A stretch of DNA of 64,000 bases, taken from the NCBI GenBank assembly GCA_910578645.1, contig CAJTQI010000009.1:32578-96577 (forward strand). Direction: 5' to 3'. Positions 1 to 9,611 of this stretch are shown one piece after another. This DNA comes from an uncultured Lachnospiraceae bacterium. GTDB lineage: Bacteria; Bacillota; Clostridia; Lachnospirales; Lachnospiraceae. Numbering within the stretch: the stretch's first letter is position 1; each line of letters opens with the position of its first letter. A program made the position numbers and the translations under genes. The notes beneath the pieces were generated by a model. The model saw only the letters and a program-made list of their open reading frames with translations, was not told where the DNA came from and searched no databases.

Positions 1-2
1 AG

Positions 3-170
3 ATAATCAAATCATTTATCAGGAGTGAAAGGCATGATGAAGCCAGAGAAACAGCGGAAAGAATGATTAAAGACGGCGAAATGTCACTTGAAAAAATTGC
101 ACGTTATGTACCGTCTTTATCAATGGACGAATTAAGGGAACTTGAAGCCCAGGTTATGCAGTTAGCGTAA
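3..170 (+). CDS. 3' end of a gene running in from the left edge; C-terminus resembles Rpn / PD-(D/E)XK nuclease-family putative transposases
   Basis: Open frame from position 3 to TAA 168-170 (..ETAERMIKDGEMSLEKIARYVPSLSMDELRELEAQVMQLA*), a tail style typical of that family; N-terminus not visible. Confidence 0.5.
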   Translation: MIKSFIRSERHDEARETAERMIKDGEMSLEKIARYVPSLSMDELRELEAQVMQLA

Positions 171-200
171 TCAATCAAAATCAAATATGATAACAGCGTT

Positions 201-240
201 AGGGCATATAGAAAGTGAAAATCTATATGCTCTATTTTTT
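201..240 (+). terminator. Rho-independent terminator
   Basis: AGGGCATATAGA-N9-TCTATATGCTCT hairpin followed by ATTTTTT. Confidence 0.7.
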
Positions 241-257
241 GCCATGAAGGAGGAACA

Positions 258-530
258 ATGGAAGACAACATTCAGACCAACACCGCAGGACGATTAACGC
301 CTTGTTTACAACACAAGATTGACAAGACAAGGTATTTAGTCGAGGTATATTTTTCTGATACCAGCACCTAAAGCGTAGAGGATAAGCTAAAGCGTGTCAT
401 TCTCCATGACTTAGCGCGAAAACAGGGAAGACCAAGAAAAAGTGATGAGCATGTCCTTTTTAAGTTGAAACAGGGTTTGCAGGCTTATACATATTATATA
501 GGTGGCTGCACTGTATATAGGCGTGCATAG
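258..530 (+). pseudogene. TnpW-family (transposon-encoded) protein interrupted by an in-frame stop
   Basis: AGGAGG RBS, ATG 258; MEDNIQ..HKIDKTRYLVEVYFSDTST*SVEDKLKRVILHD matches the TnpW pattern; TAA at 369-371; 3' end uncertain. Confidence 0.6.
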
Positions 531-682
531 TAGCCTGCCGCGTGCAGTAGTATTTTACTTTCTTCTATATTATAATACATTTATATAGTTAATGTAATGT
601 AGGGCAATTATTTGTATGCGCCGGATAGATTTACGGTGTAATAGGAGCCGTAATTTTCCGGATATTTAAATAGGGGAAAGGA

Positions 683-2011
683 ATGGCGGAAATGATGGAG
701 CAATTAAGCCTGTTTGATGACAGGAAAACGGCAGCGCCCTTGGCGAGCCGGTTGCGGCCGGTAACTTTGGAAGATTATGTGGGCCAGAAACATTTGATTG
801 GGAAAGGAAAGCTTCTTAGGCGTCTGATTGAGGATGACCAGGTCTCTTCTATGATATTCTGGGGACCGCCAGGGGTGGGTAAGACGACTCTTGCGCGGAT
901 TATTGCGGAGAGGACGAGAGCGGAATTTATAGAGTTTAGCGCGGTGTCAAGCGGCATTAAGGAAATTAAGGAAGTGATGGCACAGGCGGAGCAAAACCGT
1001 AAGATGGGGATTCGGACGTTGCTGTTTACGGATGAGATTCACCGTTTCAACAAGGCTCAGCAGGATGCCTTTCTTCCCTATGTGGAGAATGGCAGTATTA
1101 TCTTAATCGGCGCTACCACCGAGAATCCTTCCTTTGAAATTAACTCTGCGTTACTGTCCCGTTGTAAAGTATTTATCCTAAAGGCATTGGAGGAGGATGA
1201 GTTACGAGAATTGTTGGGACATGCGCTCAAAAGTCCGACAGGATTGGGAAGTATGCCTATTAATATAGAAGATTCCCATCTCGCAGCGATTGCCCGGTTT
1301 GCCAACGGAGATGCGAGGACGGCGCTTAATACGTTGGAGATGGCCGTGTCAAACGGCAGGATGGATGAGGACGGGAAAGTATGGGTGGACGAAGAAGTAT
1401 TGTCGCAGTGCATGAACCGTCGTTCCCTTTTGTATGACAAGAACGGGGAAGAACATTACAACCTGATTTCCGCATTGCATAAGTCTATGCGTAACAGTGA
1501 CCCGGACGCGGCGGTATATTGGATGTGCAGGATGTTGGACGGCGGGGAGGAGCCTTTATATATTGCCAGGAGGCTTGTACGGTTCGCCAGTGAAGACGTA
1601 GGCATGGCGGACCCTGGCGCGCTGCAGATGGCGGTGGCCGTCTACCAGGCATGCCATTTCCTTGGGATGCCGGAATGCGACGTACATTTGACCCATGCCG
1701 TTGTCTATCTTGCCATGGCGCCCAAATCCAATGCGCTTTACAGTGCGTGTGAAGCCTGTAAGGCAGATATCAAGAAGCTTCCGGCAGAGCCGGTTCCTTT
1801 ACAGATATGCAATGCCCCGACAGATTTGATGAAGAAGTTGGATTATGGCAAGGGATATATATATGCCCATGATACCGAAGAGAAGCTGACGAAAATGCAG
1901 TGCTTGCCGGAGTCACTGGCGGGCAGACGTTATTACCGGCCAACTAAAGAGGGCGCGGAGAGGCAGGTAAGGGAACGGTTGGAAGAAATTTTGACATGGA
2001 GACAGACATAA
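683..2011 (+). CDS. rarA: Replication-associated recombination protein A (RarA/MgsA AAA+ ATPase)
   Basis: PLASRLRP, GPPGVGKTT Walker A, DEIHRFNKAQQD, ATTENP, SALHKSMR motifs. Confidence 0.95.
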   Translation: MAEMMEQLSLFDDRKTAAPLASRLRPVTLEDYVGQKHLIGKGKLLRRLIEDDQVSSMIFWGPPGVGKTTLARIIAERTRAEFIEFSAVSSGIKEIKEVMAQAEQNRKMGIRTLLFTDEIHRFNKAQQDAFLPYVENGSIILIGATTENPSFEINSALLSRCKVFILKALEEDELRELLGHALKSPTGLGSMPINIEDSHLAAIARFANGDARTALNTLEMAVSNGRMDEDGKVWVDEEVLSQCMNRRSLLYDKNGEEHYNLISALHKSMRNSDPDAAVYWMCRMLDGGEEPLYIARRLVRFASEDVGMADPGALQMAVAVYQACHFLGMPECDVHLTHAVVYLAMAPKSNALYSACEACKADIKKLPAEPVPLQICNAPTDLMKKLDYGKGYIYAHDTEEKLTKMQCLPESLAGRRYYRPTKEGAERQVRERLEEILTWRQT

Positions 2012-2067
2012 TATAGTATACTTTGTCGTAAATATTAAGCAAAAATTAAGATTTCTAAAAAGTGTCC

Positions 2068-2096
2068 TTGTAAAAGGTGCACAATTCCGTTATAAT
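2068..2096 (+). promoter_or_regulatory. SigA-type promoter for the OPT operon
   Basis: TTGTAA-17 bp-TATAAT. Confidence 0.6.
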
Positions 2097-2139
2097 CTAA
2101 TGGTATCAAAAGATTAAAATAACTAAGGGAGAAGGAGAC

Positions 2140-4038
2140 ATGAACGAAAACAAAGAGTTCAAACCGTATATTCCGGCAGAGAAGATTACACCGGAATTTA
2201 CAGTGACATCGATTATCATGGGAATTATCCTGGCGGTAGTCTTCGGTGCGGCCAACGCATATCTGGGACTGCGCGTGGGTATGACCGTATCCGCCTCTAT
2301 TCCGGCGGCAGTTATTTCCATGGGTGTTATCCGTGTCATCATGAAGAAAAACTCCATTTTGGAGAGTAACATGGTACAGACCATCGGTTCTGCGGGTGAG
2401 TCGCTCGCGGCGGGTGCAATCTTTACCATGCCTGCCTTGTTCTTGTGGGCAGAGGAAGGGCTGTGCGATATGCCAAGCCTGGTGGAAATTACATTGATTG
2501 CCCTGTGCGGCGGCGTACTTGGCGTGTTATTTATGATTCCGTTGCGTAATGCGTTGATTGTGAAGGAACATGCAACGCTCCTTTATCCGGAAGGCACCGC
2601 ATGTGCGGAAGTGCTTCTTGCGGGTGAGGAGGGAGGCTCTAACGCTTCCACAGTATTTAGCGGTATGGGGCTTGCTGCGATATTCAAATTCCTTGTGGAT
2701 GGGATTAAAGTGATTCCCGCAGACATTGCGGCAGAATTCCGTTCCTTTAAGGGTGAGCTTGGTATGGAAGTATATCCGGCGCTTCTTGGCGTTGGCTACA
2801 TTGTAGGACCCAGGATTGCGTCTTACATGTTTGTCGGTTCACTGTTTGGATGGATGGTTATTATTCCGATGATTTGTCTGTTCGGGGCGGATACATGGAT
2901 GTATCCGGCTGAGGTGGGCACCACAATCGGACAGATGTATGAGAGTGGCGGCGCATCCTCGATTTGGGGCTCATATGTGCGGTATATCGGTGCGGGTGCA
3001 ATCGCAACGGGAGGTATCATATCCCTTATTAAATCACTTCCGCTTATCGTTACTACTTTCAGGGATTCCATTAGAAGTATGATGGGCGGCAAGAACACGA
3101 GCAATGCCAGGACAGCGCAGGATTTGCCTATGAATATTGTTTTGATTGGCATTGCGGCAATGATTGTTATTATATGGCTTGTTCCGGCGATTCCGGTTAA
3201 TATTATCGGCGCGCTTTTGATTGTTGTGTTTGGTTTCTTCTTTGCAACCGTATCATCCCGTATGGTAGGCTTAATCGGAAGTTCCAATAACCCGGTATCC
3301 GGTATGGCAATCGCAACGCTTCTGATTGCGACAATTACCATTAAGGCTACAGGCGACAGCGGTATTACAGGTATGATGGGCGCCATTGCTATCGGTTCCG
3401 TCATCTGTATTATTGCAGCGATTGCAGGCGATACTTCCCAGGATTTGAAGACCGGTTATCTGCTTGGTGCAACACCGAAGAAACAGCAGATAGGCGAGTT
3501 GGTCGGTGTGGTAGCGTCAGGTCTTGCCATCGGCGGCGTTCTCTATCTTTTGAATGCGGCATGGGGTTATGGCGGTGCGGAAGTACCGGCGCCTCAGGCG
3601 ACACTGATGAAGATGATTGTAGAAGGCATTATGGGCGGTGAGCTGCCTTGGACGCTTGTATTTATCGGCGTATTTTTGGCATTGGGACTGGAAATTTTAC
3701 GGATTCCGGTTATGCCTTTTGCCATTGGTCTGTACCTGCCAATCTATCTGAATGCAAGTATTATGATTGGCGGCGTTGTGCGTATGCTTATGGATGGACG
3801 CAAGAAAGTGGATGAGAAGACGAAAGAACGTCAGTCCACAGACGGTACGCTGTACTGTGCAGGTATGATTGCGGGCGAAGGCCTGGTAGGTATTATCCTG
3901 GCGATTCTTGCGGTAGTCGGCGTCAGCATGGATTTCTCCGGTACCATGAACCTTGGCAATATCGGCGGTGTTATCCTGATGGCTGTGATGATTCTGTGTC
4001 TGCTGAAATTCTCTATGTGGAAGAAGAGCAAGAACTGA
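2140..4038 (+). CDS. Oligopeptide transporter, OPT family
   Basis: Polytopic membrane protein with NAYLGLRVG, YPEGTACAEVL, SSNNPVSG, QDLKTGYLLGATP and APQA motifs. Confidence 0.92.
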   Translation: MNENKEFKPYIPAEKITPEFTVTSIIMGIILAVVFGAANAYLGLRVGMTVSASIPAAVISMGVIRVIMKKNSILESNMVQTIGSAGESLAAGAIFTMPALFLWAEEGLCDMPSLVEITLIALCGGVLGVLFMIPLRNALIVKEHATLLYPEGTACAEVLLAGEEGGSNASTVFSGMGLAAIFKFLVDGIKVIPADIAAEFRSFKGELGMEVYPALLGVGYIVGPRIASYMFVGSLFGWMVIIPMICLFGADTWMYPAEVGTTIGQMYESGGASSIWGSYVRYIGAGAIATGGIISLIKSLPLIVTTFRDSIRSMMGGKNTSNARTAQDLPMNIVLIGIAAMIVIIWLVPAIPVNIIGALLIVVFGFFFATVSSRMVGLIGSSNNPVSGMAIATLLIATITIKATGDSGITGMMGAIAIGSVICIIAAIAGDTSQDLKTGYLLGATPKKQQIGELVGVVASGLAIGGVLYLLNAAWGYGGAEVPAPQATLMKMIVEGIMGGELPWTLVFIGVFLALGLEILRIPVMPFAIGLYLPIYLNASIMIGGVVRMLMDGRKKVDEKTKERQSTDGTLYCAGMIAGEGLVGIILAILAVVGVSMDFSGTMNLGNIGGVILMAVMILCLLKFSMWKKSKN

Positions 4039-4391
4039 TGAAGAAGAGCAAACAGAAACAAAACTATCTCGACCTGGTTCCGGAGAGGGCTCCTGAGCTT
4101 AAATGGAGCCAGGATGAAGACGGTATTATCGTTCTGGAAGTGGAGAACACAGGTGTTTTTAACCGTATCGCGCAGAAACTTTTTAAACGTCCCAGATATA
4201 CCAAGGTACATATGGAGAAATATGGTAGTTTTTTGTGGCCCTTGATTGACGGGAAAAAGACGGTGATGGAACTTGCGGACATCCAGAAAGAGGAGTTTGG
4301 TGAGGAGGTGGAGCCTCTTTACCCGCGTGTTGTGAAGTACATGCAGATTATGGAGAGCTATCACTTTATTTCATTTGCGAAGGGAAAGTAA
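4038..4391 (+). CDS. PqqD-family (RRE-like) protein
   Basis: ATG overlaps the OPT stop (TGATG); NYLDLVP..GSFLWPLIDGKKTV.E pattern of stand-alone PqqD-like proteins. Confidence 0.75.
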   Translation: MKKSKQKQNYLDLVPERAPELKWSQDEDGIIVLEVENTGVFNRIAQKLFKRPRYTKVHMEKYGSFLWPLIDGKKTVMELADIQKEEFGEEVEPLYPRVVKYMQIMESYHFISFAKGK

Positions 4392-4429
4392 TCTACTTGT
4401 GCAGGCCGGCGAGAATAGGAGATATGAAT

Positions 4430-4531
4430 ATGTCATATGAAACAGTAAAATTAATCGTGACGGTTGCCTTTATCGTGTTGGTGGTCATTACCGTAGTAGG
4501 CAACATCAGGAAGAAAAATAAGAAAGACTAA
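4430..4531 (+). CDS. Small single-pass membrane protein (33 aa)
   Basis: AGGAGA RBS 4417-4422; MSYETVKLIVTVAFIVLVVITVVGNIRKKNKKD*; below the ORF-track cutoff. Confidence 0.55.
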   Translation: MSYETVKLIVTVAFIVLVVITVVGNIRKKNKKD

Positions 4532-4546
4532 AGAAGAAGGAAAGAA

Positions 4547-4580
4547 AAAAGGGCAGCCGTGTCAATGCGGTTGCCCTTTT
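4547..4580. terminator. Bidirectional terminator between convergent units
   Basis: AAAAGGGCAGCCGT..GCGGTTGCCCTTTT hairpin flanked by A/T tracts; overlaps the stop codon of the response regulator. Confidence 0.7.
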
Positions 4581-6163
4581 CCGTTAAATTCCGTAGGAGT
4601 CATTCCATAATATTTCTTAAAAACGGTGTTGAAGTGTTTTACGGAGACAAATCCTGTCTGAGCGGCTACTTCATAGATTTTCAGCCTGGGATTTTGCCCA
4701 AGCAGCCTGGCGGCCTGTTCCATCCTGATTCTGAGCAGATATTTCGTGTAGGGTTCTTTTAGCGTCTTGTGGAACAGGTCGCTTAGGTAACTACTGTTTA
4801 CGCCACAGTGGTTGGCCACGTCGGAGAGGGAAATACTTTCCTGATAATGGGCTAAAATATATTTTTTGGCTTTGGCAGTCAGCTCGCCGGACTCAGGTAC
4901 AGGAGTCTTACAGGGAGATGTCATCAATGCACATAACGTAGCAGTGAGAATTTGTATGCCTGTGGACTTATCCGGAAGCCCTGCACTTTGATAAAGATTA
5001 GCCTGACGGAACAGTTCATCGTAGGCTTTGCTCCTGTAGGAAGGATTGACTCTGGCACGTTCGCAGACCATTTGAATCAGATAGCAACCGAGACGCAGCA
5101 TGGTGGAAATGTCTCTTTCTTTTTGCAGCAAAGAGTACGCTTTGCCGACACAAAGATACAGACGCTCTACATTACAGGTAAGGTAATCGGTATAAATCTG
5201 CTCGTCCAGAGCCTGCATATGCCGGATAAAATCCGAATATTCTCCGGTTTTGTCAGAAAGGATTGGAGCGGATTGTATTAACAGGGACAGAGGCGTGATA
5301 TCATAGATATCCTGCAGGGCGTAAGGAAGCTCTAAGATATCGTTCACCGGTTTGCTGCCAAAGACTGTGATTTTGGGCATGTTTCCTGCGTGGCTCTGCT
5401 TAGTGATGGCAGCATACAAGACCTGGAATTGCTGTGTCAATTGGGCGGCGGAAAAGGCGTTTAAGAGAATATAGGTGGCCCCGTCTGTGTTGTAAAGCGC
5501 AGTATAGCCATAGTCTTTACATATATCCTGCAGGATTTGGTTCAGCCGCAAGTGGTCGGTAGTCACATCAAACGCTCTATGGTTTTTGAGAAAGAGGCTT
5601 AATGTGTCGGGAACACATTTCAAAAGCATATAGATGTCGGATGGGCATGTAATGCCGTGGGATTGCATTTTGTGGAAAAGCTCATAAGTCAGTTCGCTAT
5701 TTTCTTCCAGAATCGAGCCGACGAGGGCTTTTTGCAGTTCTTCTTCGCCTGATATATTGGCGCAGGACAGAAACCCGTAAGGACGTTGTTCGTCCAACCT
5801 TCTGGCCACCGCCTCCAGAAGCTGAATCAAGTTCTGGTCTACCAGAGGTTTGAGGAGATAGTCCGTTACCCGGTACTGGATGGCTGACCTGGCATACTCG
5901 AAATCATCGTACCCGGAAATAATAATGACAATAATGGCAGGGAAATTATCGGCAATATATTTGGCCAGGCTGAGTCCGTCCACCTCCGGCATGCGGATGT
6001 CGGTGATGACTACGTCAAAATGTTGTTTCTTAATAAGGGCGATTGCTTCCAGTCCGTCTTCGGCGATTCCGCTAACCTGGAATTTACTTGTATAGGATGG
6101 GATACTGCCCGCCAGGTAAGTACGCATTAATTTCTCATCGTCAACTACTAAGATGTGATACAT
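4562..6163 (-). CDS. Two-component response regulator, REC + C-terminal AraC HTH (YesN-like)
   Basis: ILVVDDE, DIRMP, YLLKP receiver motifs; C-terminal SYLSDLF..GFVSVKHFNTVFKK..GMTP. Confidence 0.93.
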   Translation of the reverse strand: MYHILVVDDEKLMRTYLAGSIPSYTSKFQVSGIAEDGLEAIALIKKQHFDVVITDIRMPEVDGLSLAKYIADNFPAIIVIIISGYDDFEYARSAIQYRVTDYLLKPLVDQNLIQLLEAVARRLDEQRPYGFLSCANISGEEELQKALVGSILEENSELTYELFHKMQSHGITCPSDIYMLLKCVPDTLSLFLKNHRAFDVTTDHLRLNQILQDICKDYGYTALYNTDGATYILLNAFSAAQLTQQFQVLYAAITKQSHAGNMPKITVFGSKPVNDILELPYALQDIYDITPLSLLIQSAPILSDKTGEYSDFIRHMQALDEQIYTDYLTCNVERLYLCVGKAYSLLQKERDISTMLRLGCYLIQMVCERARVNPSYRSKAYDELFRQANLYQSAGLPDKSTGIQILTATLCALMTSPCKTPVPESGELTAKAKKYILAHYQESISLSDVANHCGVNSSYLSDLFHKTLKEPYTKYLLRIRMEQAARLLGQNPRLKIYEVAAQTGFVSVKHFNTVFKKYYGMTPTEFNGKGQPH

Positions 6164-8015
6164 TGTCCTTTTCCTCCATAGTCTGTACCGTCTGTCTGTC
6201 AGGAATATATAATGTTATGGTGGTTCCCAGCCCGTAGGATGAGGCGACGGAGACGGTTGCCTTTTCGCCGAATTTCAGGGAAAGCCTCTTGCGGATATTA
6301 ATGAGTCCGATGCTGCTGTGGGAAGGGGAGGGGGTCTGCCCGGGGGAGGCTGTCTGAGGAGAGGCGTTTTCCGTATTGTTGGCGGTATGGAGCCTGTTGT
6401 TGATTTCTTCCAGCTTGTCCGGCGGGATGCCCGGGCCGTTGTCAGATACCAGGATACGGTATCCGTCAAGTTCTTCCCGGAAAGAGATTTCAATATGTGT
6501 TTCCCGTCTTTGTTGTTCGCATCCGTGTTTGATGGCGTTTTCCACAAGGGGCTGTACCGAGAGTGAGGGCAGTATACACTGGCATAGTCTCGGTAGGGTT
6601 TCTATCTTGTAAGTCAGCTTGTCTTCATACCGAAGCTGCATGATAGAAAGGTAAGCCAAGCAAATATGTATTTCGTTTTCTAAAGGTATATTCTTGTCCA
6701 CATTCATAATTCCGCCAAGATAGGAAGAAAAGGATTCGATAGCCCGGACAGCCTTGGTATTTTCACCGCATTTAATTAGCAGGCTTATGGTGTTCAGGGT
6801 GTTGTACATAAAGTGGGGCTTAATCTGGCTGTACAGGGCATTGTATTGCGCTTCCTTGTAGAGATACTTGGTTTCATAGACCTCTTTTACCAATTGGTTG
6901 TTTCGGTGTAAAAACTGTCCCAGGTTATCCACCATTGTATTGAAAGATATCGTCAGATAACCAATTTCATCCTCTGTCCGCACAGGAGCGTGTACACCTA
7001 AGTCCCCGCTTTCCACGCTTCTCATAAGGCGGATAATCTCCGCCAAAGGCGCCAGGAATTTTCTAATAAAAAAAGTAAAGAAGATGACGGAAGCAGCAAT
7101 ACAGACAGAGGCCAAAAATATGGTTTTTTGCATGTTTTCCCTGACCGGCTGCATCAGTTCTTCATAGGAATTTAGGGCAATGATTTTCAGACCGGAAGAG
7201 GCGATGGCGTAATGGTTTACAATATATTTGCGTCCTTGCATGTCGGTATAAAAATGTCCGTCCCAATCTTTGGGAGAGGGGCTTATGGAAGAAAGAAAAT
7301 CTGTGCTTAGTTGTCCGTCACTCTCGTAAATAATCTGGTTTTGGTCGTTTATGATAAGGAGCGCACCGCCCTCTTGCAGTTCTACCCGGTCACATATCTT
7401 GTGGATGCCGGAATAATCGGCGTCCACTTTTATGACGCCCAGCACCAGGTTATTATTATTTTTGCTCCTGATTGGCCTGACAATAGAAAAAATCGGGATT
7501 TCTTTGCTGCCGAAGGCTTTTTCCAGATGGGGTGGAATATAGATGGGTTTTGTCCCCGAAAGAGCCTGTCTGTACCACGTGCTTTCCTGATAGGAGCTAT
7601 AGTCCTCCATCTCGTAAGGCGTGCGTGTATAGGAATAGATATTTTCGGCATTCATAATATAAACCCGCAGGATTTCATCCCGTGGCAGTGTCATGACGAA
7701 AGCGAGAAAATCTTCTACCGTCCGCTTGGACGCTAACTGTCTGTCTGTGGAGGCAGGCGGATTTTCCAGGATGCCAAGGACATCATCGTTGTAATAGGGA
7801 GCTAACGTGAGGCGGTTTAATTCATTTAAGTATGTGTTGATGTTGGCGCCGGTCTGTTCGATAATCTGTTGTGTCTGGCCGATTGTCTGTCCTGTTAACT
7901 GTCTGGAATATCTTTGGTAATTCAAAAAGGATACGGCGGATATAGACAGCACATGGAAGAGGCAAATCATGGCTACCAGTTTTGCTTTGAATGTGGGATG
8001 AATGATTTTGCTCAT
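6141..8015 (-). CDS. Sensor histidine kinase (YesM/LytS-type, Cache-HAMP-HATPase)
   Basis: Two TM segments, HAMP DEIGYL, QIKPHFMYNTL, QPLVENAIKHG, DNGPG; start moved to ATG 8015 behind AGGAGGT. Confidence 0.93.
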   Translation of the reverse strand: MSKIIHPTFKAKLVAMICLFHVLSISAVSFLNYQRYSRQLTGQTIGQTQQIIEQTGANINTYLNELNRLTLAPYYNDDVLGILENPPASTDRQLASKRTVEDFLAFVMTLPRDEILRVYIMNAENIYSYTRTPYEMEDYSSYQESTWYRQALSGTKPIYIPPHLEKAFGSKEIPIFSIVRPIRSKNNNNLVLGVIKVDADYSGIHKICDRVELQEGGALLIINDQNQIIYESDGQLSTDFLSSISPSPKDWDGHFYTDMQGRKYIVNHYAIASSGLKIIALNSYEELMQPVRENMQKTIFLASVCIAASVIFFTFFIRKFLAPLAEIIRLMRSVESGDLGVHAPVRTEDEIGYLTISFNTMVDNLGQFLHRNNQLVKEVYETKYLYKEAQYNALYSQIKPHFMYNTLNTISLLIKCGENTKAVRAIESFSSYLGGIMNVDKNIPLENEIHICLAYLSIMQLRYEDKLTYKIETLPRLCQCILPSLSVQPLVENAIKHGCEQQRRETHIEISFREELDGYRILVSDNGPGIPPDKLEEINNRLHTANNTENASPQTASPGQTPSPSHSSIGLINIRKRLSLKFGEKATVSVASSYGLGTTITLYIPDRQTVQTMEEKDNVSHLSS

Positions 8016-8180
8016 GGATAACCTCCTTGTTTTTATTATTATGCAGAGGCAAAAAAATAGCAAGCATTAGATGATATATACAAAAAATTAGAACCTTCAT
8101 CTAAAATATATGGTATTTTATACAAAAAGAATGGATGTTAAGATGGAGACACATTACAAAACAGCAACGAAGGAGGAAAT

Positions 8181-9584
8181 GTGAAGATGAAGAAAAGAAG
8201 AGTGACGGCTTTACTTATGGCAATGTCCATGGCGATAACGGGCCTGGCAGGATGTGGCCAGACAACCAAAGAAGAGGCAAAGACAGGAACAGGAGATGCC
8301 CAGGTACAGACGGCAGAGGAAAGGGCCGGGGAGAATGGTACGGAGGGTGTTGAGACGGCGGACAGCGGCGAGAAGGTGAACATCAAGCTCTTTACCGGAA
8401 AAATAGAGACCATCGACGTCATGAATGAGATTATCGAGGACTTTAATCAGTCCCAGGACCGGATTACGGTGGAGCAGGAATACCAGAAAGACGCCAGCAA
8501 TATTATTAAGATTAAGTTTGCTTCGGACGAAGTACCGGATATCATGACCACCTATGAACAGGGGTTTGTGGATGAAGGAAAATATATGGATTTGTCTGAC
8601 CAGGAAGAGTGGTGGAGCCGCATGTCGCCGGACATGAAAACGGCATGTACGGACGTGAAACAGGAGAAGACTTTCCGCGTATGTACGAATATGACGATGG
8701 CGGGATTTTTCTACAACAAAGAGATGTTTGCGGAGCTTGGCATTGAAGAGTTTCCCGACCAGTGGGATGAGTTTGTGGAAATGTTAGAAGAAATTAAGGC
8801 GCAGAAACCGGATGTTGTTCCCTGGTTTATCTTCGGAAGCGAGGCGTGGCATTTGGGACATCTGATTGAGTTTATTCCGCATGGCTATGTGAAGTCGGAA
8901 CTGGGCACGCTAGAAGCCAAGAAGGCGATGCTTGGTAACGACCAGGGACAGCTCAAATTTGCGCAAACGGACGGCCCCATGGCAGTATTTGCAAGGAATA
9001 TGAAGCAACTGCAGGAGAAGGGACTCATTAATGAGGACGTTTTGACTGCCACCAACGACAATTGCGTGCAGGATTTCGTCAGCGGCAGGGCTGCCATGTT
9101 CAGCAATGGCATGTGGGCAATTTCCAGTGTCCTGGAAGCGTCGCCGGAGATGGAGGATAAGATTGGATTCGCGCCTTATCCGGCCTATATGCCAGGTTCT
9201 TCCCCGGTGGTGTTAAGTGCGGAGGATTCAGGTTATTCTATTTCGGCCACGACGGAACATAAGGAAGCGTGTATTGAATTTCTGAATTTCCTTTTCCTGC
9301 CGGAAAACCAGTTAAAATACTGTGAAGTGGCCAAAGCACCGAGTGCATTTAAAGATGTGACGGCAAAATGGGCGCCTGAGTCGGTTGTCAGTGAAGTCTC
9401 TGCAGCCTTGGAAAATGCCGTCAATATCGGATACACCAACGAGAAACCTGCGGGATTTTCCGGGGACGATGCGGGCAGGATGTTACAGAATCTCTTTGCC
9501 GGACAGTATACGCCGGAAGAATTTGCACAGGCATATACGGATGCATGGAACGATGGATTTGGAGGAGCAGGCGACGGAGAATAA
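8181..9584 (+). CDS. Carbohydrate ABC transporter substrate-binding lipoprotein
   Basis: Lipobox LAGC, SBP-type FYNKEMF and GRAAMF motifs; start GTG 8181 or ATG 8187. Confidence 0.9.
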   Translation: MKMKKRRVTALLMAMSMAITGLAGCGQTTKEEAKTGTGDAQVQTAEERAGENGTEGVETADSGEKVNIKLFTGKIETIDVMNEIIEDFNQSQDRITVEQEYQKDASNIIKIKFASDEVPDIMTTYEQGFVDEGKYMDLSDQEEWWSRMSPDMKTACTDVKQEKTFRVCTNMTMAGFFYNKEMFAELGIEEFPDQWDEFVEMLEEIKAQKPDVVPWFIFGSEAWHLGHLIEFIPHGYVKSELGTLEAKKAMLGNDQGQLKFAQTDGPMAVFARNMKQLQEKGLINEDVLTATNDNCVQDFVSGRAAMFSNGMWAISSVLEASPEMEDKIGFAPYPAYMPGSSPVVLSAEDSGYSISATTEHKEACIEFLNFLFLPENQLKYCEVAKAPSAFKDVTAKWAPESVVSEVSAALENAVNIGYTNEKPAGFSGDDAGRMLQNLFAGQYTPEEFAQAYTDAWNDGFGGAGDGE

Positions 9585-9611
9585 GGGCGTGCCCGGAAAG
9601 GATAGTCAGAC

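Noticed and set aside
2034..2052. TTAAG-N6-TTAAG direct repeat upstream of the OPT promoter as an OmpR-type box
   Set aside because: Short AT-rich match with no cognate regulator nearby; cannot be distinguished from chance
4038..4531. RiPP biosynthetic cluster around the PqqD-like gene
   Set aside because: No radical SAM, YcaO, lasso cyclase or peptidase gene nearby; the small ORF looks like a TM helix rather than a precursor
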